From: Vulcanimicrobiota bacterium
GTDB taxonomy: Bacteria; Vulcanimicrobiota; Vulcanimicrobiia; Vulcanimicrobiales; Vulcanimicrobiaceae
DNA length: 64,000 nt
Assembly: GCA_963820825.1 (NCBI GenBank)
Contig: CAWGBN010000002.1
Location: forward strand, 320,001-384,000
Reading direction: 5' to 3'
Under the pieces are notes generated by a model. That model worked only from the letters and a program-made list of their open reading frames with translations. It did no database searches and was not told where the DNA came from. A program made the position numbers and the translations under genes. This document shows, in pieces, positions 52,813 to 64,000 of the stretch (positions are counted from its first letter, which is position 1; every line of letters begins with the position of its first letter).

Positions 52813-53825
52813 CGCCGCCGCGCTCGCGCTCGCTGCGACGAGCTTCGCCTTCGCGGCCGCGAGGCCGGCGACCGATCCCATGGATGCGCTGCTGCGTGCG
52901 GCGATGAACGCTTCGCCCAACGTTTCGTACACCGGAATCGTCGAGGTCTTGCGCTTCGGAAGCCACGACGCAGAGGCAATCGGTCTATCGGGTCGAACAT
53001 CGCGCCCCGGATTTCACGCGGCGCTACTACAACGCGCCCGGCGAACTCAACGGAGACTCGGTCCTTTCCAAGGGCCAGCTCGTCTTCGCGATCGATCCCA
53101 AGCGCAAGCGCATCGTGGAGCGCGAGGGCGAAGGGAGTGCGGATACGGCGACGCTCGGCGCCGACTACGCGCTGCTGCGCCGGAACTACCGGGTGCTCAA
53201 CACCGGTAACGAGACGTTCGACGGGCGCCGCACGATCGACGTGACCCTAATCAACGATTATACCGGCAAGCGGACGATGCTGATGCGAATCGATGCGATC
53301 AGCAGAGTCGTGCTCGACCGGCAACTCTTCGCGGCAGACGGCGCGCTCGTGAGCGAAGTCCGCTTCGAAACGATTCGCTACGTTACGGAGCTTCCGCCGG
53401 GCGATTTCGAGCTTCCGTCGGGATACGAGCTGGTACGCGGCGCCACGTTTGGGGAACCCTCCGGGCAGCCCGATCGCGTCGTAAAGAGCGCCGGCTTTGC
53501 CGCGCGCGAACCGCGCGCGCTCCCCGAGGGATTCGCTCCGGTCGACGCTACGGTGGTCGAGTTTCGCGGAGTCCGCTCGCTGCATCTGCTCTACTCCGAC
53601 GGCCTGCGCACCGTGTCGCTCTTCGAAAACGCGCAGGCCTCGACGCTCGATGTCGCGCAGCTCCGGCCGGAGACGCTGACGGTCGGCGGAACGAGCGCGC
53701 TCTACGCCGAGGATGGCGCGACGGCGCTGCTGGCGTGGAGCGATCGCACGCTGCACTACACGCTCGTGGGCGACGTCGGACTCGTCGATCTGCGTCGTCT
53801 CGCCCAATCAATGGAGAAGCCCTGA
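52799..53825 (+). CDS. MucB/RseB-like periplasmic regulator (one frameshift)
   Basis: Signal peptide; VSYTG, LRRNYRV and HLLYSDGLRTVSLFE motifs. Confidence 0.75.
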
Positions 53826-53844
53826 TCGAATCGATCAGGGCTTC
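53816..53844. terminator. Perfect inverted repeat between convergent genes
   Basis: GAAGCCCTGATCGA-A-TCGATCAGGGCTTC. Confidence 0.7.
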
Positions 53845-53882
53845 GTCCAATCGGAGTCTTCGCTAGAGCCGGACGTTCGCCG

Positions 53883-56800
53883 TTAGGTAGAACTGAAACG
53901 GCAGTTTGTGAGGAACCGTTGAGCGCTGAAATGATCGCCGGCCCCAACTGCGGCTCGTACGGGTACTTCCGGAACGGTTGGATCTGCGAACCGGGATAGC
54001 CGGGCGGATTCACGATGGCGCCCGGCGTTCCGTAAGGAGCGACCGGAAAGACCGTTCCGCTCGACGTTACCGTACGAGCAGATATTGCCGTCGTTGAACG
54101 TCCACGGCAATTGCGTTCCGCCCCAGCAGTAGTTGACGATGTTGGTGAGCTGACCGACGAGTTGGATTCGCGGGCTCACGTCGTATGACAACTGCAGGTT
54201 GGCGATCAGCTCGTTGGGCTGCGTGAAGTCACCAATCGGGTCGAAGCCCCCGGTGAACGGATCGGGAATGTTTACTACGTTCGCACAATCCGTCGCGTTA
54301 TAGCGATCGCCGAAGAGCGGTTTGCCGCAGCCGCTCGCCGGGTCGATGCCGGCTTCGGTGATCGGAATGCCGTACTTGCCGCCGCCTTGGAACTGCAACG
54401 AAGGCGTGATTGCGAACTTCTGATGACGGTAGTTCAGCATCAGCGTGCCGACGTACGGCGACCCAAAGCCCTGCGCGGCTAAGCCGAGCGAGCCCGGGAA
54501 GGTGTCGTAGGTCGGGAAGTTCTGCGCTGTATCGATCAGTGCTTGCGGCGGAGCGTTCCAATAGGGATTTGCGATGTCGTTGCGCGGACACCCGCCGCCC
54601 GGAAGTGCGCCGACCGGATTACCCGATGCGGTGTAGCACGCGTTGGCCGCCAAACCGTTCGTGGTGCTGCCGCCGCACATGCTGTTCGGAGCTCCCGGAT
54701 GATTCGCACAGTATTTCGTGTAGGCATTATACTGCGCGATCGAGGCGTTGATCGGCGCGAGCACTGTCGAGCCCGAGGCACCGGCCGCGATCGGACCGTA
54801 GTGAATGTACGAGTTGGTGTAGGCAAACGACATCAAGCCCGACAAGCCGTCGCGCGAGAAGTCGCCCTTTTGCAGCTGGAACTCGACGCCTTCGCTGCGC
54901 TGGCTGCCGACGTTCAAGCCCGATACGAATCCGGTTTGCGCATTGAGGAAGAACTGCTGGATTTGATTCTGAGTCTGCCGCAAGAATGGCGTAAGCTTGA
55001 ACGTGAAGTCCGTGTTTTTGAAGCGGTGCTCCCAAGAGAGATCGTAATTGATCGAGGTCGGCGGTTGAATCGGATACCCGGGCGTGTTACGCCCGAACGC
55101 GAGGAAGTGCGAGCCGATATAGTCGGCGAGATCTTCCTGACGCGTATTGTACTGCTCGTAGGCGGTATTCGGCGCTTCCGTGTAACGCCCGTAGGAGAAG
55201 CGGAAGACGTCGTTCGGATTCGAGGTATAGGTGCCTGCGATACGCGGTTGATAAATGTTGTAGGTATAGGTCTGTGACGGCACGTTCTGCACGTTCGCGG
55301 CGTGCTGTCCTGCCGGGCAGGGCGCGCCGGGATTCGGGTTTGCTTGCGGGGCCCCGGTCTGATTGATGATGCAATTGTCGAGATTGTAGGCGTTGAACCA
55401 GAACTGGCGCACCGCGGCCGAGCCGCCGAGCGGTGGAACGAGCGTGTTTTGGCCGACGAAATTGAAGCTGTCTAGCCGAACGCCGACGTTGAGCAGCCAC
55501 TTGTCGGTCGGACGGTATTGGTCGGTGATAGAGGCGCCCGCAAAGTTCGGTATCGTTCCGCTATAGGTTCCGTTGAGACCGTTCTCCGAGATCATGTATT
55601 TGCAGGCGCTGCCCGCTTGCGGCTTGCCCGGAATCGAACAAGATGAACCTAGCCCTCCGACCGAGTAGTTGGGAGACAATGGGATCGTGTTCCGGTGACA
55701 GTTCACCACCGACGTTCCACTGGAGGTCGGGTTGAAGCAGTAGCCGCTGTACGGGTCGGTCGCGTTCACGATGTTGGCGAAGCTGCCCTCGCCGCCGAGG
55801 TTATAGAAGCCGTTGTTGTCTCGGACGATGCGCGCCGTCGTGTACGATCCGGCGACGCTGAGCAGATTTTGCTGGTTGATCTGATCCTGGAACTCGGGCT
55901 GAGGCCCCGCGTGTGCGTGTTGAGCTCGTAGTCGGGTGCGAGCGGACAGAAAAAGTAGCAGAATCCGGTGTTGTACGGCCCGTTGAGGAACCAGTCGCTA
56001 TAGAACGTGAAGCCGTAGAGGCGAAGGAACGCAGCTGACCCGAAGTTCTTCGTATACTGAATCTTCGTGATCGCGGTGTCGTTATAGGAATTGTCCCGCG
56101 CATCGGGCGGCACGACGTTCGGATTGGCCGGCGAGCCCACGTCGGTGCCGTTGGGGAAGCTGTAGGGCTTCACGCAGCCCGCAAGAGCGTTGAGTCCCGC
56201 TTTATTGAACGTGCCTGCCGACGTCCGAGCTGCAACCCCACGTATAGGTGTTCGTCCACGTTACCGGGATCGAAGTTCCATATGGAATTCCGCCGCCGGT
56301 CAGCGTGGAGAGCGTTTCGCCGTTTATAGCGTACATACACGCCGCACCTGAAACGGCGTTTGGCCCGGTGCAGAACGGCGATGCGATATCGTTGGCCGCG
56401 TAGAACTGATTCTTGAGCGCTTCGTCGTCCCAGAGCATCTGCACGTCGTCGCGTCCGGCATCGTTGCGGTGCGGGATTCCGATGTGGAGGTTCACGACGG
56501 TGTCTCGCCCGTAGATCGTGTTGGTACCCAGTGACGACTGACCGTTGGGATAGTTGCCCGCCGGGCCGAGCGGATAGTACGTGTTCCCGGAGTTGCCGTA
56601 ATAAGAGCGACCAGCCGGGAGCGAAGGGCTGGCTGTACGGATTCTTACCGTAGCCGTAGCCCAAAGGGCTGCCGACGATGCCGAGTACCGGCCCGAGCCA
56701 GTTGTCGTACTCGGAGCCGTTGTTGTTGTTGACGTAGTTGAACGCCTGATTGCAACCGGCGACGCCGACGTAGTACGAGAAGAGCCGGTCGGGCGTCGCG

Positions 56801-57639
56801 CCGCCGATTTCGATGGCGGCGCGATGGTAGAAGGCGGGCGTCCAATGCCGAGCGAGCCGCTGCCGTAGCCGGGGTAGGTTCCGGTCTTGATGACTTGATT
56901 GATGAAGCCCGAGAGGCCTTGGCCCTCGGAGTTGGCCGGGATTCGCGCCGGTGTAGACCTGGACTTCGGCGTTGCCGAGCGACGATGCCGAGCTCGACGC
57001 GTAGTTGTCGAACGACCGGTTGACGGGGACGCCGTCGAACTCGTAGCCGACTTGGTCGTAATCGCCGCCGCGAATGTTGACCGTCGCGTAGTACCCGTTT
57101 GGTTGGGGATGACGTACGCACCCGGAACCGTCGAGATCGCCGAGTAGGCCTGAGTTGATGAGGCCGCCGCCGCCCAAGCGCCGCCGTTGCGGCCTGCGTG
57201 GTGGCGTTGATCGAGTAGACGTCGGCCGTCGTACCGGACTTGACCAGCGACGCCGGCCGCCGTCGGCGGTGACGTGCGCGATGGTTCGCAGCGCCTTGAG
57301 CATCCGAACCGAAACCGTTTGCACCGTGTCGGCAAAGACGATCTGACCCGGAACGCTGACGACTTGGTAACCGCTCTTGGCTGCGGTTACCGTATACGTA
57401 TCCGGAGCAAGCGTCGAGAAACGTAAAATGCCCGCGCCGCGTCGGTCGTGGTCGGTCGCGGATTGCGACGGACTTGTGGCGGTGACTTGCGCTCCCGCGA
57501 TGGGAGCCGAGGTTTCGGCATCGAGAACGGTACCGGTGAGACCGCCCGTCGTGCCTGCCAGTGCCCATGTTCCCTGGCAAACGAATGCGACGAGCAGCAC
57601 CAGCGCGGTAACGAGATGCCGGAGTGATCTCCGGATCAT
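53883..57639 (-). CDS. Large TonB-dependent receptor (several frameshifts)
   Basis: AGTTGGLTGTV N-terminal domain, IRGGDYDQVGYEFDGVPVN plug, NVGVRLD and QPRIAGTY. Confidence 0.85.
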
Positions 57640-57721
57640 TCGTACCTCCTCGAGTTTTCAAAATTGCGAGAGGCGAGAGGGCCAATGCGGCGCTAAACCC
57701 GGCTGCTTCGTCAGCTCACTT

Positions 57722-58760
57722 CTAGGGCCCGCTGGAGCGCGCTTGATATCGCTGAGGCTCGTCGAACGAGCTCGCGCGCGCTCGCAGGAATTGCGTCTGC
57801 AACGGCCGCGCTGGGCGCGGCGCGACGGCTCGTCGCTGGCAATCGCGGCAATCGCCGCGATCGAGCCGGTTAGCGCGTCGAGGCCGTAACCGCCCTCGAG
57901 CACGTAGGCGACCGGCCACCGCAGAACGCATCGGCAGTCGCGGCGGATCGCCGCGGCGAGCGGACCGGCGGCCTCGCACGCCGACGCCGAGGTCGCCGAC
58001 CGACGTCGCCCGCGACGTAGTCGAAGCCCGCGCTGACGACGAGCAGCGTCGGGACGCACGGCTGCCGCCACGAGCGGCAGCAGCTCCTCCCAGACCGCGA
58101 CGAAGCGCCTCGGTCGAGACGCCACGCGGCCGGAAGCGGAACGTTCACGACGAGATCGTCGCCGCGGCGGATAGCTGCGCGTGCCCGTGCCCGGATAGGC
58201 CGGATAGGCGTGCGTCGAGACGTAGGAGAGCCCGTCGCCGGCGACCGCTTCGGTACCGTTGCCGTGGTGGTAGTCGAAGTCGACGACCAGGACGCGCCCG
58301 CCGTCCGCTGCCTGAAAGGCGCGCGCGGCGATGGCGACGTTGTTGAAGAGGCAGAAGCCCATGCCGCGATCCGGTTCGGCGTGATGGCCGGGCGGACGCA
58401 CGAGCGCAAAGACCGCCTCGCGGCCGGCGACGCGCAGCCTCGACGGCGACGATCGCGCCGCCCGGCCGCGCGCCGAGCGGCGCGCATACGAGCCGCGTCG
58501 ACGACCGTGTCGCCGGTCGAGAGATAGCGCGCCGCCTCGCAGGCCGGCGGTCTCGCGCTTGACGAGCTCGAGGTACGCGGCGAGTGTGCACGCGCTCGAT
58601 CTTCAGCGTCGCTCGCGTCGCGCGCAGCGAAGACGTCTGCCGAAGTACGCCTTGCGGCGCGCAAACGCTCGGCGACCACTTCGACGCGCTCGGGGCGTTC
58701 GGGATGCGCGACGCCGCGCAGGTGCTGCGCCGTAGAGCGGATCGGTGACGAACTTCAGCG
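57722..58760 (-). CDS. Histone deacetylase family amidohydrolase (frameshifted; ends approximate)
   Basis: [32 protein letters not shown] and VLEGGY motifs. Confidence 0.88.
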
Positions 58761-60298
58761 CCAGTGCTTCGCTCCGGAGTGGCACGGTTCCGATGCCGCC
58801 TTGCTGCACGTCGTCGTAATCCTTCGTGCCCTTCTTCATCATCGGCAGCAGCCGCTTGTAGGTCGCCACGGCTTTCGTGCACTGATTCGATCCGGCATAC
58901 GATTTCGCGGCGATGTAGAGCAGCGTCGGGATTGCCGTCGAGGAATCCCTTCGCCGCCTTGTCGAGCGCGTCGAAGATCTGCGCCGCTTCCTTATAGTTT
59001 TTCAGCTCGAAGTCGGCGCCCGCGACGCAGCTCAGCGTAACGGGCGAGCGCTGGATCTCGAAGCTCTTCCCGCAGGCGTCGCGCGCGCCCGAATAGTCGT
59101 GCACCCGCGAATAGGCCTGGCCGAGGAGCGCGAAACCCTGCGCGTCGGGCGAGACCTGCGTGTAGTGCTTGCAGATAGGTGATGCTGTCGTTGAGGCTTG
59201 CCCGATCTGCATCGAGACCTCACCGATGCCCAAGCAGTGCGCCCGGAGTTATTCGGATCGAGGGCCAGCGCGGCTTGCCACTGCGCGGTCGCCTTGTCCC
59301 ACTGGCGCTGGCGCGCGTAGTAGTTGCCGTAGCGCGACGAAGCCCGCCGGGACTTTCGGAAACTGCGTGGTGGCCTGCTGCAGAATCGGCTACGCCCTGC
59401 GCGTCCTTCTTCTCGCTGACGAAGTAGCTCGCTTTACGAACCATGATCGCGACCTTCTCATCGTCGGTCGGCGCTGCGACGATCGCGTCGTCGTACGCGG
59501 CGATCGCCCGGACGTCGTCGTGCTGACGCGCGTAGAGATCGGCCTTGAAGACGAGCGCCTGAACGTTGCGCGGATCGATCGCGAGCGCGCGGCCGATCGT
59601 CTGCAGCGGCCATCGGGATGTTATTCTGCTGCGCGTACGTCGTCGCGATCTGAAAGATCGGTGCCGTATCTTTGGGATTGAGCGCGTAGGCCGCTTCGAA
59701 CTGGGCGCGCGCGTCGTCGAAGTGCTGCTCGGCGGCGTAGACGCTGCCGAGCGTCATCAGCGCGCCGGGGTCGGTCTTGTTGAACGTCACGGCGCGTTTG
59801 GCGATGCGCTCGGCGTCGTTGAACCGGTTCGTCTTGAGATAGATGTCGGACAGCTGCGCGAGCACGCCCAGGTTGGTCGGATCGAGATTCGAGGCTTGCT
59901 CGAGATCGTAGGTCGCCGGCAGCGAGTTGACCCAACTGCTCGTGAGCGAAGCCGTCGTAGTAGTAGACCTGCGCGGTCTTGTCGCCCATCTGCAACAGGT
60001 GCTGCGTGTACTGCAGCGTCGATGTCCGGCCGATTGACCTGCAAGATATTGCGGCGGCGAGCTGCGCGAGCGTCGACTCTGATCGTTCGGATTCGCCTTC
60101 AACTTTGCGTCCAGTCGTGGAATCGCGACGCTGGGCGGCTCCGGACTCGCCGTCGGCAAGTGCCGACGGCGACGGTGAGGGGGACGGCGACGCGGCCTTC
60201 TTCCCGCCGAAGAGTCCGGCTTGCGCGCGTCGGCGTCGTGGCGGCAACGCCGACGAACCAGCGAGCACGATGAGAGCGAAGAGACCGAATCGTTTCAA
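58760..60298 (-). CDS. Secreted tetratricopeptide-repeat protein (frameshifted; ends approximate)
   Basis: Signal peptide [17 protein letters not shown]-like segments such as [32 protein letters not shown]. Confidence 0.75.
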
Positions 60299-60299
60299 G

Positions 60300-61289
60300 A
60301 GACCGATGTCCTTTAGCTGTTTCGATCAATTTCGTCAGTTCGGGAACGATGCGAAAGGCATCGCCGACGACGAGCAGATCGGAGAACTCGGCAATCGGCG
60401 CGGCCGCGTCTTTATTGATCGCGACGATCGTGCCGGACGCGCGCATGCCGACCTTGTGTTGGATCGCACCCGAGATGCCGACCGCGATATAGAGATTCGG
60501 GCGTCACCGTCTTGCCGGTTTGTCCGATCTGAAGATTGTACGGCACCCATCCGGCATCGGCCGCTGCGCGCGATGCGCCGACCGCTCCGCCAAGCGCACG
60601 CGCTAGAGGCTTCAGCAGCGTATCGAACGGTTCCGGCCCGCCAAGCCCGCGGCCGCCCGCAACGACGACCGGCGCTTCCTCGAGCGCGAGCTCGCCCGCG
60701 CCCTCTTCGACGTCGCGCTCGATCGCGCGCGACATAACTCTTGGCCGGCTTTTCGAGCGGTCACGATCTCCGCACCCGCGCCGCCCGGCGCGGCGGCAAA
60801 GGCGTTCGGGCGCACGGTCACGACGCCGTACTCGCCCGGGCGCAGCGCGCAGGTCGGTAATCACGGCGCCGCCCATCTTCGGCGAAACGCAGACGACTTC
60901 GCCGCCGTCGATCTGCGACGTCGACCACGTCGGCGACGATGCCGGCGCCCAGACGCGCCACGAGACGGCCGGCGACGTCGCGGCCGGAGAGCGTGTTGGG
61001 AATGAGCAGCAGCGACGGCCCGACGCGCTGCGCGGCGGCTTGCAGATAGTCGACGACCGGATCGAGCACGTAGGCGTCGACGTCGCCGATCGTCGTTGAC
61101 GTAGATCGCGTCGAGCGGATAGCTTCGCAGCTGCTCGGCCAGCTCGCGCGGCGCCCGCGCCGAGGACGACGGCGTGGGCCTTGCCGCCGAAGCGCGTCGG
61201 CGAGACGCGCGCGCCTCGCTCGCGAGCTCGAAGGTGACTTTGCGCGTTGCGCCTTGGCGATGCTCGACGTAAACGATGACGTTTTTCAC
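60300..61289 (-). CDS. etfA: Electron transfer flavoprotein alpha subunit (frameshifted; end approximate)
   Basis: [30 protein letters not shown] and IVAINKD motifs. Confidence 0.9.
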
Positions 61290-61291
61290 GG

Positions 61292-62092
61292 CTACACCAG
61301 CTTCTTCTCTTGAAGAAATTCGAAGATGGCCTGCGCGCCCGCGGCTCCGTCGGCGGCTTCGACCGTCGCTGCCCTTGCCGCGCGCCGGCGGCGGCGCGAA
61401 CTGCACGCAGCTCGCGTCTTCGAGCCGCTCGCGTCCGACCGGGCGGTCGAGCGCGAGATCGGCCGAGCGTCGATCGTGGCAATCGTCTTTTTCTTCGCGC
61501 CCATGATGCCTTTGAGCGATGCGTAGCGCGGTTCGCCGAAGGTCAGCGCGGTCGTCAAGCAGCGCCGGCAGCGGCGCCCGCACGATTTGATAGCCGACAT
61601 CGGTCTCGCGTTCGACTTCGAGCGCGCCGTCGGCGATTTCGACTTTGCGCGCGTTGGTGACGCAGGGCAGGCCCGAGATGCTCGGCGAGCGCGCCCGGCA
61701 CCGCGCCGGTGCTGCTGTCGTCGGTGAGGCCGCCGACGATCGAGCAGATCGAAGTCGAGCTTGCGCAACGCGCCGGCGCATCGCGTACGCGGTCGCCCAG
61801 ACGTCGCTGCCTTCGAGTCCCGCGTCGGTGAGGATCACCGCATCGTCGGCGCCCATCGCCAGCGCTTTGCGCAGCGTCTCCTTGAGCGCTTCGGGCGCCA
61901 TCGAAAAGACCGTCACGTCGCGCCTCGCCGCCGGCGCGTTCCTTTAACTGAAGGGCCGCTTCGAGCGCGTACTCGTCGTAGGGATTGAGAACCGTCTCGA
62001 CGCCGGTGCGCACCAGGCGTTTCGTTTGGCGGATCGATGCGCTTTTCGGCATTCGGATCCGGAACGAGTTTAACCGTCACCACGATCTTCAC
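61292..62092 (-). CDS. etfB: Electron transfer flavoprotein beta subunit (frameshifted)
   Basis: [33 protein letters not shown] and [16 protein letters not shown] motifs. Confidence 0.92.
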
Positions 62093-62250
62093 GTGGTTAC
62101 TAGCGACCTCCGTCGGAAGAGGGGATGGAGGAAAAGAACCGTGGGCACTTTGGTGGTCCGCCCGCCGGACCTGCCGCCGCACTGAATCTGCCGTGGCGCA
62201 GCGAACGGCCGCAGAGTGCCGCGCTTGAGCACGGTCAGAACCCGATCGGG

Positions 62251-64000
62251 ATGCTTCGCTCCGATCCTTGCGCGCCGCCGCCGGCGCCCGCGGCGGCGAC
62301 TAGCGCGTACGCCACCGCAGCGGCACGCCCGGCCACGCTGGTCGTCGACGCCTCGCGTGCAGCGCGACGGAATGATGTACGTGCACGAGCGGATCCCGGT
62401 CGCCGCCCGGCAGCTTCACCCTCGTCTATCCGAAGTGGATTCCCGGCGAGCACGGCCCGACCGGGACCGCTCAACGATCTCGCCGCGATGCGCGTCTCCG
62501 CCGGCGGCGCGCCGCTGGACTGGCGTCGCGATGCGGATCGATCTCTACGCCTTTCACGTCGACGTGCCGCGCCGGCGCTACCAGGCGCTCGACGTCGACT
62601 TCGACGTGCTGCTCAATGCGCCCGGCGACAACATGTCGTCGCATTCGCTCGCCGTTCTCAACTGGAATCGCGCGCTGCTCTATCAGGACGGGATCGACTC
62701 GCACCATTACTTCGTGAAGCCGTCGATCGTGCTCCCCACGGGATGGGATTACGCGACCGCGCTGCGCGGCGCTGCGCGCGAGCGGGGAACCGCGTCGACT
62801 TCGCCGTGACGCCGCTCGAACATGCTGGTCGATTCGCCGCTCGATATGGGACGCTTCGTCAGGAAATGGGATCTATGGCGTGACGGCTCGGCCTTCGTGC
62901 AGCTCGACGCCTTCGCCGACTATCCGCAGAACCTCGACATCCCGGCGAAGCTGCTCGAGGCCTACCAGCGCGTACCGGCCGAGGCCTTCGCGATGTACGG
63001 CTCGCGTCATTTCGACGACTATCACGCGCTGCTCACGCTCAGCGACACGATCGACTTTCAAGGCATCGAGCATCACCAATCGAGCGACGATCGCGCGCCG
63101 GACGACTTTCTGACCGATCCGCGCAGACTCGACTTTCCGACGGCGATCTGGTTACGCACGAGTTCTCGCACTCGTGGAACGGCAAGTACCGCCGCCCGGC
63201 AGATCTGACGACGCCGAACTTTCAAGTACCGCAGAAGACCGATCTGCTCTGGGTCTACGAGGGCATGAATCAGTATCTCGGCGACCTGCTCTCGTTTCGC
63301 GCCGGGCATTCGCGAGCCCAAGATCAGTTTCCGGAGTACATCGCCACGGTCTACGCCGACATGGATTACGAGACGGGGCGCGCGACGACGCCGCTGATCG
63401 ATCTGACGACCGGAGCGCCGTATTATCTATTTTGCGCGCGGCATCTACGCGCACATTCGCCGCAGCTCCGGCGACTTCTACACCGAAGGCGAGCTGCTCT
63501 GGCTCGACGTCGACACGATCATTCGCGAACGCTCGCACGGCGCGCGTTCGCTCGATACCTTCCTCCATCGCTTCACCGAGCCGTCGACGACCGGGCCGAT
63601 CGTCGAGACGTACACGCGCGACGCAGGTCGAGAGTCTGCTCAACGACGTCGAGCCGTACGACTGGCACGCGTTCTTCGAGAAATACGTCTACCACGTCGA
63701 CGCGCATCCGCCGACCGACGAACTCGCGCGCGCCGGTTGGCGGCTCGTCTATACGATCAAGCCGAACGCGTTCGTCTCTTCGCAGCGAGGCCGACGAACG
63801 ATCGGTCGTCGGATGGTATTCCTACGGTGCGAACTCACCGACGAGGGCATCGTGACGAGACGTGCGGGAGAACTCGCCGGCGTGGAAGCGCCGGACTCGC
63901 GCCCGACATGCGCGTCCTCGCCGTCAACGGCCAGCAGTTCTCCCCGAGGTGCTCGAATACGCCGTGAAGCGCGCGCAGCACTCGGCCGGCGCCGATCGTC
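62251..64000 (+). CDS. M61 family metallopeptidase with C-terminal PDZ (frameshifted, truncated by window end)
   Basis: YPKWIPGEH, LVDSP, GIEHHQSS, HEFSHSWNGKYRRP, LWVYEG and VLAVNG in alternating frames. Confidence 0.85.

Overview
Bacterial chromosomal window, GC-rich. Gene content (spoVS/ymdB next to TonB-dependent receptors and rfaD, plus many beta-propeller lipoproteins) suggests Eremiobacterota/Vulcanimicrobiota; this is inference. A tRNA-Asn(GTT) gene (31715-31790, minus strand) splits the window. To its right is core genome: primase-polymerase/ligC, metK, ahcY, dacB, spoVS, ymdB, three TonB-dependent receptors, rfaD, SCO/TlpA/MauE, ECF sigma/anti-sigma/RseB-like, etfAB and an M61 peptidase. 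To its left is a ~31 kb accessory region punctuated by seven same-orientation copies or remnants of the tRNA-Asn 3' half and/or its terminator. The two best copies end exactly at the anticodon loop and carry tandem TGGCTGCAC arm-like repeats. These att-like sites divide the region into small modules, mostly 1-2 genes, that mainly encode secreted beta-propeller lipoproteins; only a decayed tyrosine-integrase fragment remains. The main candidate novel system is therefore a tRNA-anchored, integron-like cassette array of surface proteins. Other highlights: an IS3 element carrying three independent nested insertions (IS110, IS256, IS3); an IS110 whose 3' region contains an 11-bp copy of its own target site (candidate bridge/seek RNA guide); and two convergent TonB-dependent receptor genes each preceded by a leader ORF ending in RPPP, one of them a 54-aa CxxC peptide missing from the ORF track. 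The many frameshifts in housekeeping genes are most likely sequencing or assembly errors.
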